A DNA stretch of 64,000 bases from Longimicrobiales bacterium (GTDB lineage: Bacteria; Gemmatimonadota; Gemmatimonadetes; Longimicrobiales; Gaopeijiaceae): the NCBI GenBank assembly GCA_965226375.1, contig CBDDCX010000008.1:960001-1024000 (forward strand). The letters run 5' to 3'. The notes beneath the pieces were generated by a model that had not been told where the DNA came from, made no database searches, and saw only the letters and a program-made list of their open reading frames with translations. The translations under genes and the position numbers were made by a program. Below are positions 20,749 to 33,122 of the stretch, in pieces. Position 1 is the stretch's first letter, and the number at the start of each line of letters is the position of its first letter.

Positions 20749-21117
20749 TCATCCACCCCCGGCCACGAAGACCAGCCAGACGGAACCGGGACGGGCAGCT
20801 AAGCGCACAGACGTCGAGAAGCCTTCAACCTCGTAGAGCTTCGTGCCTGCCGGCAGGGTATTCGAGTCGCCGTCTTCAAAGGGTCGAATTTGTTCACCAG
20901 GGGTATCCTGGCAGTCCACCAGCCGGGCCACTTCGGCCACGATGTTGGTTGGGGCCGGAGCGCCCGAGGGGAGTGGTTCCGGTGACAGGCTATAGGTGAC
21001 GCTGCCGATCCGCAGCGTTCCCTCGCACCCGCCGGATAACTCAGGGTCAAGCACCGCCTCACCACACGCGGTGGCCAAGACACTGACCACCGCCAAGAAA
21101 AGGATTCGACTCTTCAT
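20749..21117 (-). CDS. Hypothetical lipoprotein
   Basis: Signal peptide ending LATAC. Confidence 0.6.
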   Translation of the reverse strand: MKSRILFLAVVSVLATACGEAVLDPELSGGCEGTLRIGSVTYSLSPEPLPSGAPAPTNIVAEVARLVDCQDTPGEQIRPFEDGDSNTLPAGTKLYEVEGFSTSVRLAARPGSVWLVFVAGGG

Positions 21118-21342
21118 GTCCCCAGCCCTTCACGAGAGATGCTCTAGGAGCCGACGGGAGATCGAGGGCTCTAGAATGAACGATCTGGGGTCGGGGTCTG
21201 TGACAGACCGCCGTCGTAGGCCGCATCAAATCCTTGCTTGTACGGTCGAAGCCGACATAATATCCGCAGGTTCCCAGCTCTCCAGAGGAGTGATCCCCTG
21301 TTGGATGTTTCCGAACAGGGTCAGGACAGAGGGAGGTTAGAA

Positions 21343-21507
21343 ATGAGCTGTTTTCTCTGTGCGGAGATGGGGGTAGCGGTTTGTTCACACTGCGGCGTTG
21401 CCCTCTGCAAGAAGCATTTGGCGGAGAGACAACGGCATCAGGTGGGAGGGATGACTTACGGGTGTCCGCACACGGTCCCATCAGCCCGTCCTCAGGCTCC
21501 CAGCTAA
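21343..21507 (+). CDS. Small Cys/His-rich protein (DUF2180-like)
   Basis: GGAGG RBS; CFLC...CSHCG..LCKKH. Confidence 0.65.
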   Translation: MSCFLCAEMGVAVCSHCGVALCKKHLAERQRHQVGGMTYGCPHTVPSARPQAPS

Positions 21508-21723
21508 GACACGAACGGTGGTTTCTCTTTGGGCAGTGCTGTTGTCGATCATGAAGCTGTGGGGCTCAGTGGGAATCAAGTGCATGAGAGGCGACACTAC
21601 TTTGCCTCATGATCTTGTCCGTTTCGCCAGTGACTTGGCCTCCTTTGACGTTGCTCCGGCCATCACCACTTTCCAAGGATCCATGGTCACGGTATACAGA
21701 ACAGGTTGAATAAAATCTCGTAA

Positions 21724-23973
<2,250 letters not shown>

Positions 23974-24099
23974 GGTCGTTGAGATCATTGGTAGGTGAAC
24001 CCCCGGGTTAGTGAGGCCGTGTCCCCGCGCATCCTATAGTAGGGACGAATCCGGGCGCCTTGAAGCTGAGGTCACGCCATCACCTCGAAGGGGAACTCG

Positions 24100-24867
24100 A
24101 TGAGACTCGAAGGCAAAGTGGCCATCGTGACGGGGGGAGGTGCGGGAATCGGCAAGGCAATTGCCCTCCGCCTCGCGGAGGAGGGAGCCGACGTCGCCAT
24201 CGGTGATGTCGACGAGACCGCCGCACGGGCCGTCGCTGGCCAGATCGAGGCGCTCGGCCGCCGGGTGGCAGTGCTGCGAACGGACGTCACTCGGAAACCG
24301 GAGATCGAGGCGCTGGTCGACAGAGCGCGGCAGTTTGGTCCCATCGACATCCTGATCAACAACGCGGGCGTCGAGGAGATAACGCCGCTGCTCGAGATTC
24401 CTGAGGCCGAGTGGGATCGCACGCTCGACACCAATCTCAAGGGCGTATTTCTGTGCAGTCAGGTCGTGGCGCGTCACATGATCGCCGACGGCCGAGGCGG
24501 GAAGATGGTGAACCTCGGCTCCATAGCCGGCCTTATGCCACCGAGAAAGGTGCCGCACTACGCCTCATCCAAGGGAGCCGTGCACACGCTGACGAAGCAG
24601 CTGGCTCTGGAGTTGGCTCCGCACAACATTACCGTGAATGCAGTCGCCCCCGGCGTGATACGCAACGGGCTCAGCACCCATCATTCCCTGGCCGATCCGG
24701 AGCGAGCTGAACGGATAGCACGCGGTATCCCGCTGGGGAGGGTCGGATCCCCCCAGGACATCTCGCACGCCGTGCTGTTCCTGGTATCTGAGGAGGCGGA
24801 CTACATCACGGGCGTGGTGCTGCCCGTTGACGGCGGGTTTTTGCTGGGCGGTCTGCAGACTGGGTGA
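24100..24867 (+). CDS. SDR family oxidoreductase
   Basis: TGGGAGIG, NNAG, YASSK. Confidence 0.95.
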   Translation: MRLEGKVAIVTGGGAGIGKAIALRLAEEGADVAIGDVDETAARAVAGQIEALGRRVAVLRTDVTRKPEIEALVDRARQFGPIDILINNAGVEEITPLLEIPEAEWDRTLDTNLKGVFLCSQVVARHMIADGRGGKMVNLGSIAGLMPPRKVPHYASSKGAVHTLTKQLALELAPHNITVNAVAPGVIRNGLSTHHSLADPERAERIARGIPLGRVGSPQDISHAVLFLVSEEADYITGVVLPVDGGFLLGGLQTG

Positions 24868-24891
24868 GGCGCCAGCTCCCTTCGGAGTGCG

Positions 24892-26859
24892 TTAATCACG
24901 ACCCGGGTTCGGTGGGCTGTTCGCTTTCGTCTCCTCATCGAATGGCGCCACTCCGGTGCCTGGGCAGAAATCTCCGGTGCCCCGGAAATGGGTGTTCAGG
25001 CACTTCAACTCCGAGCCGAGGGTCTGCAGCAAGTCCACCGTCGCAGGGTACGGCGGCCGGGAGAAGTAGCCGGCCCTGCCTCCGCGGGCCATGTCGGCCG
25101 TGGATTGGCCGAGCCTGCTGAGCGCCCTCACGTCGGCGCCTCTCGGGACCAGGTACTCGATGAGGTCGTTGTCGCCCCGGACCGATGCGTAGTGGAGCGG
25201 TGTGTAGCCCCACCCATCGGGCAGGGTGACATCAGCGCCGTGCTCTTCCACCAAGTACTCGACCACGTTGAGAAAGTTGTTCGGCACGCTGTTCATCATG
25301 AAGGGTCCGAGCCCCATGTACCCGCCCCCCGCCGCCGCGTGGATGGCGTACATGTTGGGCGTGCCCTCGGGCAGCATCGGGAGCCCCGAGTCCTCCTGCA
25401 GGCGCCCGTCATTCTGCCGCCCCTCCCTCAAGCCGGGCTCCGGCAAAGTGGTCGGCATGTTCGGGTCTGCGCCGAACGTCGCCAGCGCTTTCATCGCGTC
25501 GAGATCCTGCGCGAGCGCGGCCCGCCAGAAGGGGGTCGCGCCTGTCAGGTCGAGGCCGAGCTTTCCCCGGAGAAAGTCCGCGTGCCAGAGATGGCTCTTC
25601 AGGGCCACGTTCGGGTTCGCGCCAGCCTCGAGAAGCGCATTCAGCACTTCCATGTGCCGAGTCTGCTCGTTGTCCTGCGCCCGGGGCTGTGGGTGGTCGG
25701 TGTACTTGAACGCCCACTGAGTCTGCAGCACCGCGAAGAGGGGTGAGATACCATCGGTGTCGGTGGCAGGATCCGCGCCGCGTTCGATCAGCCTCATTGC
25801 CAGGTCGAACCGACCATTCAGAAGCGCGATCAGGAGAGGACTGCTTCCGTCGCCGCTGACCTGGTCGATGTCGGCCCCGCCGTCCAGGAGAGCCGCCGCC
25901 GCTCCGATATGGCCCTCACGTGATGCGTGCAGGAGAGCCGTCATCCCGCCCGTCTTACCGACCAACGTCTCGAACTGCGGGCGAGCGAGGATCTCATTTT
26001 CGGCTTCGTAGCCCGAGGGGGTATTCCAAGCCGGTCGGCGAATCGCGAGATCGTCGGGATCGAAGTCCGCGAGCAACGCCTCGATCTGTTCCTCAGAGCT
26101 CAAGAACTCCCGCTGGACGCCGAGGGCTACCTGCAACTCCGCGTCGCTCAAGGCCCTGTTGGTTCCCTCTACGGAACTCCTTCGGATCTCCGTGAACGCC
26201 TCCCTCAAGCGTCCCTCCGCCGCCCTGTCGATCGCCATCCTCTCGAGGACATCGACGACCTCCGTGCGGATCAGCGGATCCGCGCCGTGCCTCAAGAGCT
26301 CTCGGACCGACGCGACGCGACCACGGGCGGCCGCGAACATCAGGGGCGTCTGTCCGGCGGCGCTTTCGCGCGCATCGACCGTCACGCCGTGCTCCAGCAG
26401 TGCCTGGACCGTGCTCTCGCCGTTCAGCGCCTTCGCGGCGAGGTGGAGGGGGGTCACTCCGGTGCGCGACGTCATCGCAGTCGGGTCGGCACCGGCGTCG
26501 ATCAGCGCGCGAACGACCGAGGCGTGAGCGCCCCCGCTGGCCAGGTGCAGCGACGTGTGGGCGCCGATGCGCGTCTTCGCCTCGACATTCGCCCCCACCT
26601 CGATCAGAAGCTGGGCGATCTCGAGGCTCCCCTGCTGGGCGGCCAGGTGCAGTGCGGTCAGGCCGTCCCCTCGAGCTACATCAGGATCGGCGCCGCCCTC
26701 GAGAAGAGACCGGACGGCGACCACGTCACCGCGCTTCGTCGCGTCCAGGAGCGGACTGTCCTCCGGATGCGCGGCGTTCGTGGCACCAGCCGACAGCGCG
26801 AACGCTAGGACCGCACTGGTCAGACCCACCCGCCTTCGCCTGATCATGCTCCCTATCAT
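24892..26859 (-). CDS. Secreted ankyrin-repeat protein
   Basis: Repeated GxTxLHxA motifs, signal peptide; coupled to DUF1552 gene. Confidence 0.9.
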   Translation of the reverse strand: MIGSMIRRRRVGLTSAVLAFALSAGATNAAHPEDSPLLDATKRGDVVAVRSLLEGGADPDVARGDGLTALHLAAQQGSLEIAQLLIEVGANVEAKTRIGAHTSLHLASGGAHASVVRALIDAGADPTAMTSRTGVTPLHLAAKALNGESTVQALLEHGVTVDARESAAGQTPLMFAAARGRVASVRELLRHGADPLIRTEVVDVLERMAIDRAAEGRLREAFTEIRRSSVEGTNRALSDAELQVALGVQREFLSSEEQIEALLADFDPDDLAIRRPAWNTPSGYEAENEILARPQFETLVGKTGGMTALLHASREGHIGAAAALLDGGADIDQVSGDGSSPLLIALLNGRFDLAMRLIERGADPATDTDGISPLFAVLQTQWAFKYTDHPQPRAQDNEQTRHMEVLNALLEAGANPNVALKSHLWHADFLRGKLGLDLTGATPFWRAALAQDLDAMKALATFGADPNMPTTLPEPGLREGRQNDGRLQEDSGLPMLPEGTPNMYAIHAAAGGGYMGLGPFMMNSVPNNFLNVVEYLVEEHGADVTLPDGWGYTPLHYASVRGDNDLIEYLVPRGADVRALSRLGQSTADMARGGRAGYFSRPPYPATVDLLQTLGSELKCLNTHFRGTGDFCPGTGVAPFDEETKANSPPNPGRD

Positions 26860-28277
26860 GCTCCCACCTCGGACCCCGCCTTCTGGCTCCTGGGGAAGCT
26901 CAACGGGAACTCGCCCGTGCTGTCACCGAACTGCTGCATGGGGTCGTGTCCCATGCTCTGCATCAGGCTCACGAACACGTTGGCCATGGGTGTGCCTGTC
27001 GGAGCCCTGAGGTGGAGGTTCCCCTCGAGCGCACCGTTCGCGTGGCCCATCAGGAGGAGCGGGCAGCGCCGATGATTGTGCAAGTTGGGGTCCCCCATCG
27101 GAGAGCCCCAAATGATGGCCGTCTTGTCCAGCAGGGAAGCGTCGCCCTCCATGGTGCTCTTCATCCTCTCCAGGAAGTACGCCATCTGACTCAGGCGGTA
27201 GGTGTTGATGACGTTGAATTCCCTGATGGCGCCGTGGACGTTGCCGTGATGCGACGCCCCGTGGAACGACTTGTTCGTACCACTGTCCGGGAAGGTGCTG
27301 TTCTGCAGATCGAATCCGGTCTTGAAGGTGATCACCCGGGTGAGATCCGCCTGGAGAGCGAGTACCTGGAGGTCGAACATCAACCGCATGTGGTCTTCCC
27401 AGCGGTCGGGGATGCCCGACGGCGCCTCCGGCATCTGCCGCTCCTCGCCGCTGGTGTTCTGTGCCTCGACCAGCCCGATCCTCCGCTCCAGCTCGCGGAT
27501 GTGCGTGGTGTACTGGTCTAGGGCCCGCCGATCGACAGCCCCCAGCTCCCTCTTCAGATCGGCCAGCCCGCTCGCGACCCAGTCGAGCAGGCTCCGGTTG
27601 GTCTGTAGCCGGCTGGCGCGGTCGGCGGGGGAGTCACCGGAGCCGAAGAGCTGCTCGAACACCACCCGGGGCTCACGGATCGCCGGAAGCGGCTGGGTCG
27701 GAGACGCCCATGCTAGCGTAGTCGTGTACGCGCAGTGGTAGTTGTAGGCGCACCCGCCTCCCCGGTCCATTTGCTCGGTCGTGATCTCCAGCGACGGTAG
27801 CGCGGTCTCCTGGCCGAAGCGCTCCGCGTGCACCTGATCCAGGGACTTGCCGATGAAGACGTCCGCTTGCGTCTGGAGCGGATGGGACTGGGTCAGGAAG
27901 ACCGCAGTCGAGCGATCGTGGTCGCCGCCGATCTCCTCGGCGCGGTAGGGCTCAGCCATGCGGCAGTCCGTGTTGCTGACCACGGTCAGGTAGTCCCGGT
28001 ACGCCTCGAGCGGCTTGAGCTGGCTGTCCGTCTTGAACTCGAAGTCGCGGCCGACCTTCGCAGGAGCGAAGAGGTTCTGCGAGTCTCCCCAGTCGTTCCC
28101 TCCCGCACATCCCATCGACTCCTCGACGCAGACCAGGCGAGTGAACTGCTCCTGCGCGGGGTCACGCCAGCCCCTCCCGGCCGGTACCATCGCGTCCAAG
28201 AAGGGAAGGGCCACCGACGCCCCCGTGCCACGGATGAAGGTGCGACGCGAAAGGTGTCTACCAGTGATGAAGTTCAT
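26856..28277 (-). CDS. DUF1552 (HXXSHH) protein with Tat-like signal
   Basis: SRRTFIRG, LPFLDAM, DLTRVITF, FHGASHH. Confidence 0.9.
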   Translation of the reverse strand: MNFITGRHLSRRTFIRGTGASVALPFLDAMVPAGRGWRDPAQEQFTRLVCVEESMGCAGGNDWGDSQNLFAPAKVGRDFEFKTDSQLKPLEAYRDYLTVVSNTDCRMAEPYRAEEIGGDHDRSTAVFLTQSHPLQTQADVFIGKSLDQVHAERFGQETALPSLEITTEQMDRGGGCAYNYHCAYTTTLAWASPTQPLPAIREPRVVFEQLFGSGDSPADRASRLQTNRSLLDWVASGLADLKRELGAVDRRALDQYTTHIRELERRIGLVEAQNTSGEERQMPEAPSGIPDRWEDHMRLMFDLQVLALQADLTRVITFKTGFDLQNSTFPDSGTNKSFHGASHHGNVHGAIREFNVINTYRLSQMAYFLERMKSTMEGDASLLDKTAIIWGSPMGDPNLHNHRRCPLLLMGHANGALEGNLHLRAPTGTPMANVFVSLMQSMGHDPMQQFGDSTGEFPLSFPRSQKAGSEVGA

Positions 28278-30725
28278 GGCTGGTTGCTCCCTGAGTCGTC
28301 CGTGCTGGTCTGCGTTTGTCTCATCTGGAACGGATCGCTCATGACGATTCCTCTGATGAGCGACGCCATCCTGTAGTCGTTCGTCTCAGCCGCCCGCGTG
28401 ATGATCCGGATTGTCGGTTGGTCGAGGTAGTTCGTGGGACGCCCGATCGCGTAAGTCAGCAGGTGCTCCGTAAAGTTGCGCACGAGCGGGATGGGACGCT
28501 TCAGGAGAACGTCGGCCAACTGGCTGGGCGTGCCGATCGTCGTGCCGTCGTAGAAGACGCCTTCGGTGTCCAGCGGTGCATTGTTCTCACGGATCCGCCA
28601 GGCGCCGGTGACGTCGAAGTTGTCGAGCGCGAGCCCGATCGGGTCGATGAAGTTGTGGCAGGAGCTGCAGACCGGGTTGCTACGGTGTTGTTCCATTCGC
28701 TCACGGGTGGTCAGGAGACGACCCGCAGTGGCGGTCGGGGACTCGTCGAGCGTCGGCACGTTGGGCGGGGGAGGCGGGGGTGGCGTCCCCATGAGCACCT
28801 CCATGACCCACTTCCCACGCAACACCGGCGACGTTCGAGCCGACATCGAGGTCAGGTTCAGGATGCTTCCATGGCCGAGGATTCCCCGTCGCTGGTCGTT
28901 GGGGTATATAACGCGGCGGAATTCCTGTCCGGAGACCCCCTCGATGCCGTAATGCTTGGCCAGACGCTCGTTGAGGAACGTGTAGTCCGCGTTGAAGAGC
29001 TCGAGCAGGCTCCGGTCCTCGCGGACCAGGTACTGGAAGAGTAGCTCGGTCTCCCGCACCATCGCCTCGGCGAGCTGTTGCGAGAAATTCGGGTACAGGT
29101 ATGCTTCGGGCCAGACCTTCCCCACGTCCTGCAGCCGCAGCCACTGATGGGCGAAGCGTGTGGCCAGCGTCTCGGATCGCGGATCCGCCAGCATGCGCCC
29201 GACCTGCCGCTCGAGCACGGCGGGCTCGGAAAGCCGGCCGTCCTCGGCGACCTCGAGGAGCTCGTCGTCGGGCGCGGAGTCCCAGAGGAAGAAGGACAGC
29301 CGCGACGCGAGGTCGAGGTCCGTCAGTCGATAGACCTCACCCGCCCGGGTATCGGTGGGCTCCCGCTCCAATCGGAACAGGAACTCGGGCGAAACGAGAA
29401 TTGCCTGCAACCCTGCTCGCACCCCGAACTCGAATCCCTCGTCGGCAGCCGCCGCATCATAGAAATCCATCAGCTTCGCGAACTTGCTCCGGGGCGGCGT
29501 TCGCCGATACGCCTTGCGTCGCGAGTTCCATGAGTATCGACTCGGCGCAGGGACGCTCCTCCTCCGGCACCTTCGGGTAGCAGGCGAACACCTCTTGTCG
29601 ACTCGTGGTCTCGGACACGCCGGTCACGTTGTCCGGGCCCGTGATCAGAAGCTCGGAAAGATGCGTCAGTCCGGTGACGCCGTACCGCCCCAACGCCGTC
29701 CCACTCGTCGACCACTCCGCAGGACTGAACCGGTCCTCGTAGGGACCTTCGATGAGGTTCACGAACGCCGCCGATACCCTGCGCTGGCCCGCACGGACGA
29801 AGATCGGCTCGGTTCGGATGGCCGGGATCGTCGTGCCTGCGTTGTGTTCGAGCATCAGGAGCGCGACCGGCTCACCGTCTATCGAAATATCGATGTCCTC
29901 CTGGGCCGTCGAGTTCCCACTCCCGAAGGTGGTCTCCACCTGGAAGACGTACTCAGCGTCCGCGGGAAAGTCGTGCGTCACGACAATGCCCCCCCGGGTC
30001 CCGAACGGTGCGCCTTCGACGTGATCCCAGGCGCGCTGCGAGACCTCCAATGGGTTCTTGTGCTTCGTCGTGGAGGACTCTACGTCGGGGTTTCCGAGGG
30101 CGAGTCGGCTGATGTCGGCTGCGGCCCGCAGATACGAATCCAGAAGCGTGGTCGAGAGCGCCTGGGCGGCAGACATGTTGTCGAAGCTGCCCACGAGAAC
30201 GTCGGGGGGGAGCCACGTCCCTGCGTCCACCTCCAGGGCGAGGAGGTCATGGATGACGTGCTCGTACTCAGTCCGACTGAGCCGCTGGAACCGACGCACG
30301 CCCACGTTGGGAGCGGCTCGGGCCGCTTGGTCGACGTCCGACTCCAGGGTCTCCGCCAGCGTCAGGAGGGTGTCACCGCCGGGGCGCGGCATGCCGGGGG
30401 GCGGCATCATCCCCGCGCGCAGCTTCCGGATCATCTTCTCGGCCGTCTCGGCCTGATCCGGGGCACTCTCGACGGAGAAATGCTGGAGCGACAGGGTTCC
30501 GGTGAGCAGCGCGTCGTTGTGGCACGCCACGCAGTAACGCTGCACCACTTGAGTCAGCGTGTCCCGCGGTACCGGCGAAGAGGAAGGATCGGCTTCGGCC
30601 GCGATGGGAGCGGAGTAGACGGCGCCTACGTCGTACGCGTTTGGGAGCGACAACACGTCGGACGGGCCGCTGCCGATCAGCAGCAACATCCCTGCAAAAA
30701 CGCCAGAAAGGGAGAGTGTCTTCAT
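28274..30725 (-). pseudogene. DUF1592/DUF1588-type cytochrome c protein, frameshifted near 29510
   Basis: CVACH and CSSCH haem motifs, LASRLSFFLW, TSPVLRGKWV; split between two frames. Confidence 0.85.
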
Positions 30726-30945
30726 GCTCCGTCCTGACAAGACTTCGAGAACTGCACGGCCCTGCCCAGGTTAAGATACAGACCGGTTCATGGTCGGCAA
30801 CCAATCGGTGTCATGCCGATGGATCTCGCAACCCCGGCCGGACCTGCTCCGAGAAGGCGCTTCCGCCAACGAGCCAACGTGGTGTCCGCGGTCGCATTCC
30901 AGACCTTCCTTGTGGCCTGACACACCATAGCGGCATCTTGCGGCC

Positions 30946-31939
30946 ATGTCCGACGCCATCTCCCGCCTGAACACAGCCCTAGAAGGCCGCTACGCCATCG
31001 AGCGTGAGCTCGGGGTGGGTGGACATGAGTGGTGTGATCGACATCATCGATACGCCTGGTGCATCCAGCTTCGGGGACATCGACAATATCTCGCTCTCTC
31101 CCGACGGGCGCTACGTCGCGATCGAGGCCGGCGACGAGCTCTCCAGTGCTAACGACCAGCCGATGCAGATCTGGATCTACGACTCCGACCAGTTCTCCGC
31201 GACGCGCCTGACGTTTCAGGGGGCGCGAAACGCCCAACCGCGCTGGATGCCGGATGGGCGCCACGTCGCCTACATCTCCAGCCAGGTCGACGGGCCCGAC
31301 GGTATCTGGATGCAGCCGTTCGACCGCACCGGAACGGATGAACTCGTCGTCCAGACGGACTGGCCTGTCGAGGCGTTTGACGTAGCCGCTGTAGAGGGGC
31401 TCCCCATGATCCTGACGGATGCGTCCGGCCCGACCCGTGATCTGTGGTTGGCCTATCCGGGAACGTCGGAGGTGGAGCCGTTTCTCGTCACCGATTTCTC
31501 GGAACGTCTGCCTCGGATCTCGCCCGATGGCCAGTGGGTCGCCTACGTGTCCGACGAGTCCGGCCAGGACGAGGTGTACGTCCGCTCATTTCCAGAGGGG
31601 GGACGGCCGTGGCCCGTCTCCAGGAGTGGCGGCTCCCTGCCCATATGGAGCCACTCCGGTGACGCAATCTTCTTTGTCAGGCAGGGATTCATGATGGAGG
31701 CCCGTTTGTCCCTGAGAGACGAGGTGCGCATCGTCGAGGAAAGCACGCTCTTCGAGACTACCGGCATCGACGCAACTTCGTTCGGAAGCGGCTCGGCCTA
31801 CTACGACTTATCGGGGGACGACGAGCGTTTCCTCGCGCCGCTCGCTCTTTCGGCCACGAACGTTCTGGGGGTCGAGAACGCGGAGACCGTCGTGGTGCTC
31901 AACCTCTTCGAGGAGCTTCGCCAGCGGATGGGGAATTGA
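30946..31939 (+). pseudogene. Ser/Thr kinase paralog with internal deletion: 23-codon N-terminal stub followed by TolB/PD40 propeller
   Basis: MSDAISRLNTALEGRYAIERELG then SPDG repeats ending VVLNLFEELRQRMGN; kinase core absent. Confidence 0.8.
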
Positions 31940-31966
31940 AGCCCAACTAGAGCGCCGGCCGCCCCC

Positions 31967-32923
31967 TCAGCGGCCGTCTACGTCCCCCAGGAAGGCGGCG
32001 ACCGCCGAGTTGAACGCCTCCGTGCCATCGATGTTGACCATGTGGCCGGCATCCTCGATAATCTCGAAGGCGGCCCCGGGAACCAGTCCGGAGAACTCCC
32101 GCACGGTCTCGACCGGAATCTCGTCGTAGCGGCCGACGACGAAGAGCACCGGCAAATCGAGCTCCGGCAGCCGGCCCACCCGATCGAAGTCCAGCAGTGT
32201 TCCGGTCGCCGTGAACTCAGTCGGTCCCCACATGTACTCGTACACCTGCGCATTGGGGCCGGGGTCGTCCTCACAACCCGGAAGGACCGGCCACGGCCAC
32301 TCGCTGCGCACCAGGAATCGGGCGTAAAAGGAATCCGTCGCGGCCAGGTATTCCGGCGATGTGTAGTCACCGGTCGCCTCACCCTGCCTCAACGCCTCTG
32401 CCTGGCTCGGAGGGAGTTGCCCGATCAAGTCGGCGGCTTCCTCGACCCAACGAGGCGTGCTGAGCATCGGCCCGACGAACACGACCGAGCGCACTCCCTC
32501 GGGTCGCGTAAGCATGTACTCGATCGACAGCGTGCCTCCCCAGGAGTGCCCCATTATGTGGACCTCGTCCAGCCGGAGAGCCGCACGCAGCACATCGATT
32601 TCTTCAAGGAAGCGGGGAATCTCCCAGAGGGAGGTGTCGTCCGCGGGATCCGATCGGCCAGCCGCGAGCTGATCGTAGAGGATAACCGGTCTGTCCTGAG
32701 CGATCCCCGTGAGGGTCGAGATATAGCTGCAGCTGCCGAAGCCAGGCCCGCCGTGAATGACGAGGAGTGGCGTACCGGTCGACTCCGCTCCGAGGGTCTG
32801 ATACCAGATCCTGCCGCTCGGGACTTCTACGTAGCCCTCTGGCGGTGCGGGGGTCGGAGAGTCGGCGCAACCGACGAGTGCTACGGTCAGCACCAAGCCG
32901 AATGGAAGGGCCCTTGGTCGCAT
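31967..32923 (-). CDS. Proline iminopeptidase-family alpha/beta hydrolase (lipoprotein)
   Basis: HGGPG, YDQL, GHSWGG, YMWGPTEF; LVGC lipobox. Confidence 0.9.
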   Translation of the reverse strand: MRPRALPFGLVLTVALVGCADSPTPAPPEGYVEVPSGRIWYQTLGAESTGTPLLVIHGGPGFGSCSYISTLTGIAQDRPVILYDQLAAGRSDPADDTSLWEIPRFLEEIDVLRAALRLDEVHIMGHSWGGTLSIEYMLTRPEGVRSVVFVGPMLSTPRWVEEAADLIGQLPPSQAEALRQGEATGDYTSPEYLAATDSFYARFLVRSEWPWPVLPGCEDDPGPNAQVYEYMWGPTEFTATGTLLDFDRVGRLPELDLPVLFVVGRYDEIPVETVREFSGLVPGAAFEIIEDAGHMVNIDGTEAFNSAVAAFLGDVDGR

Positions 32924-33122
32924 GTGTTCCTCCGACGCTTCGAAGATCGGGCCGTGCCGGCCGTGTGAATGACATCACGGACGGAGGGCGAATCGCGAAT
33001 ACTATTGTTCCACCACTGCCTCAACGGCCGCAAGGTGGAGCGCGCCGGTGCCCACACGACCTCGGCTTGCGCCTCCCGGCCTGCGCATAGGATGTTGAGC
33101 ACCGCCTAGTCTCGGAGTGCCG

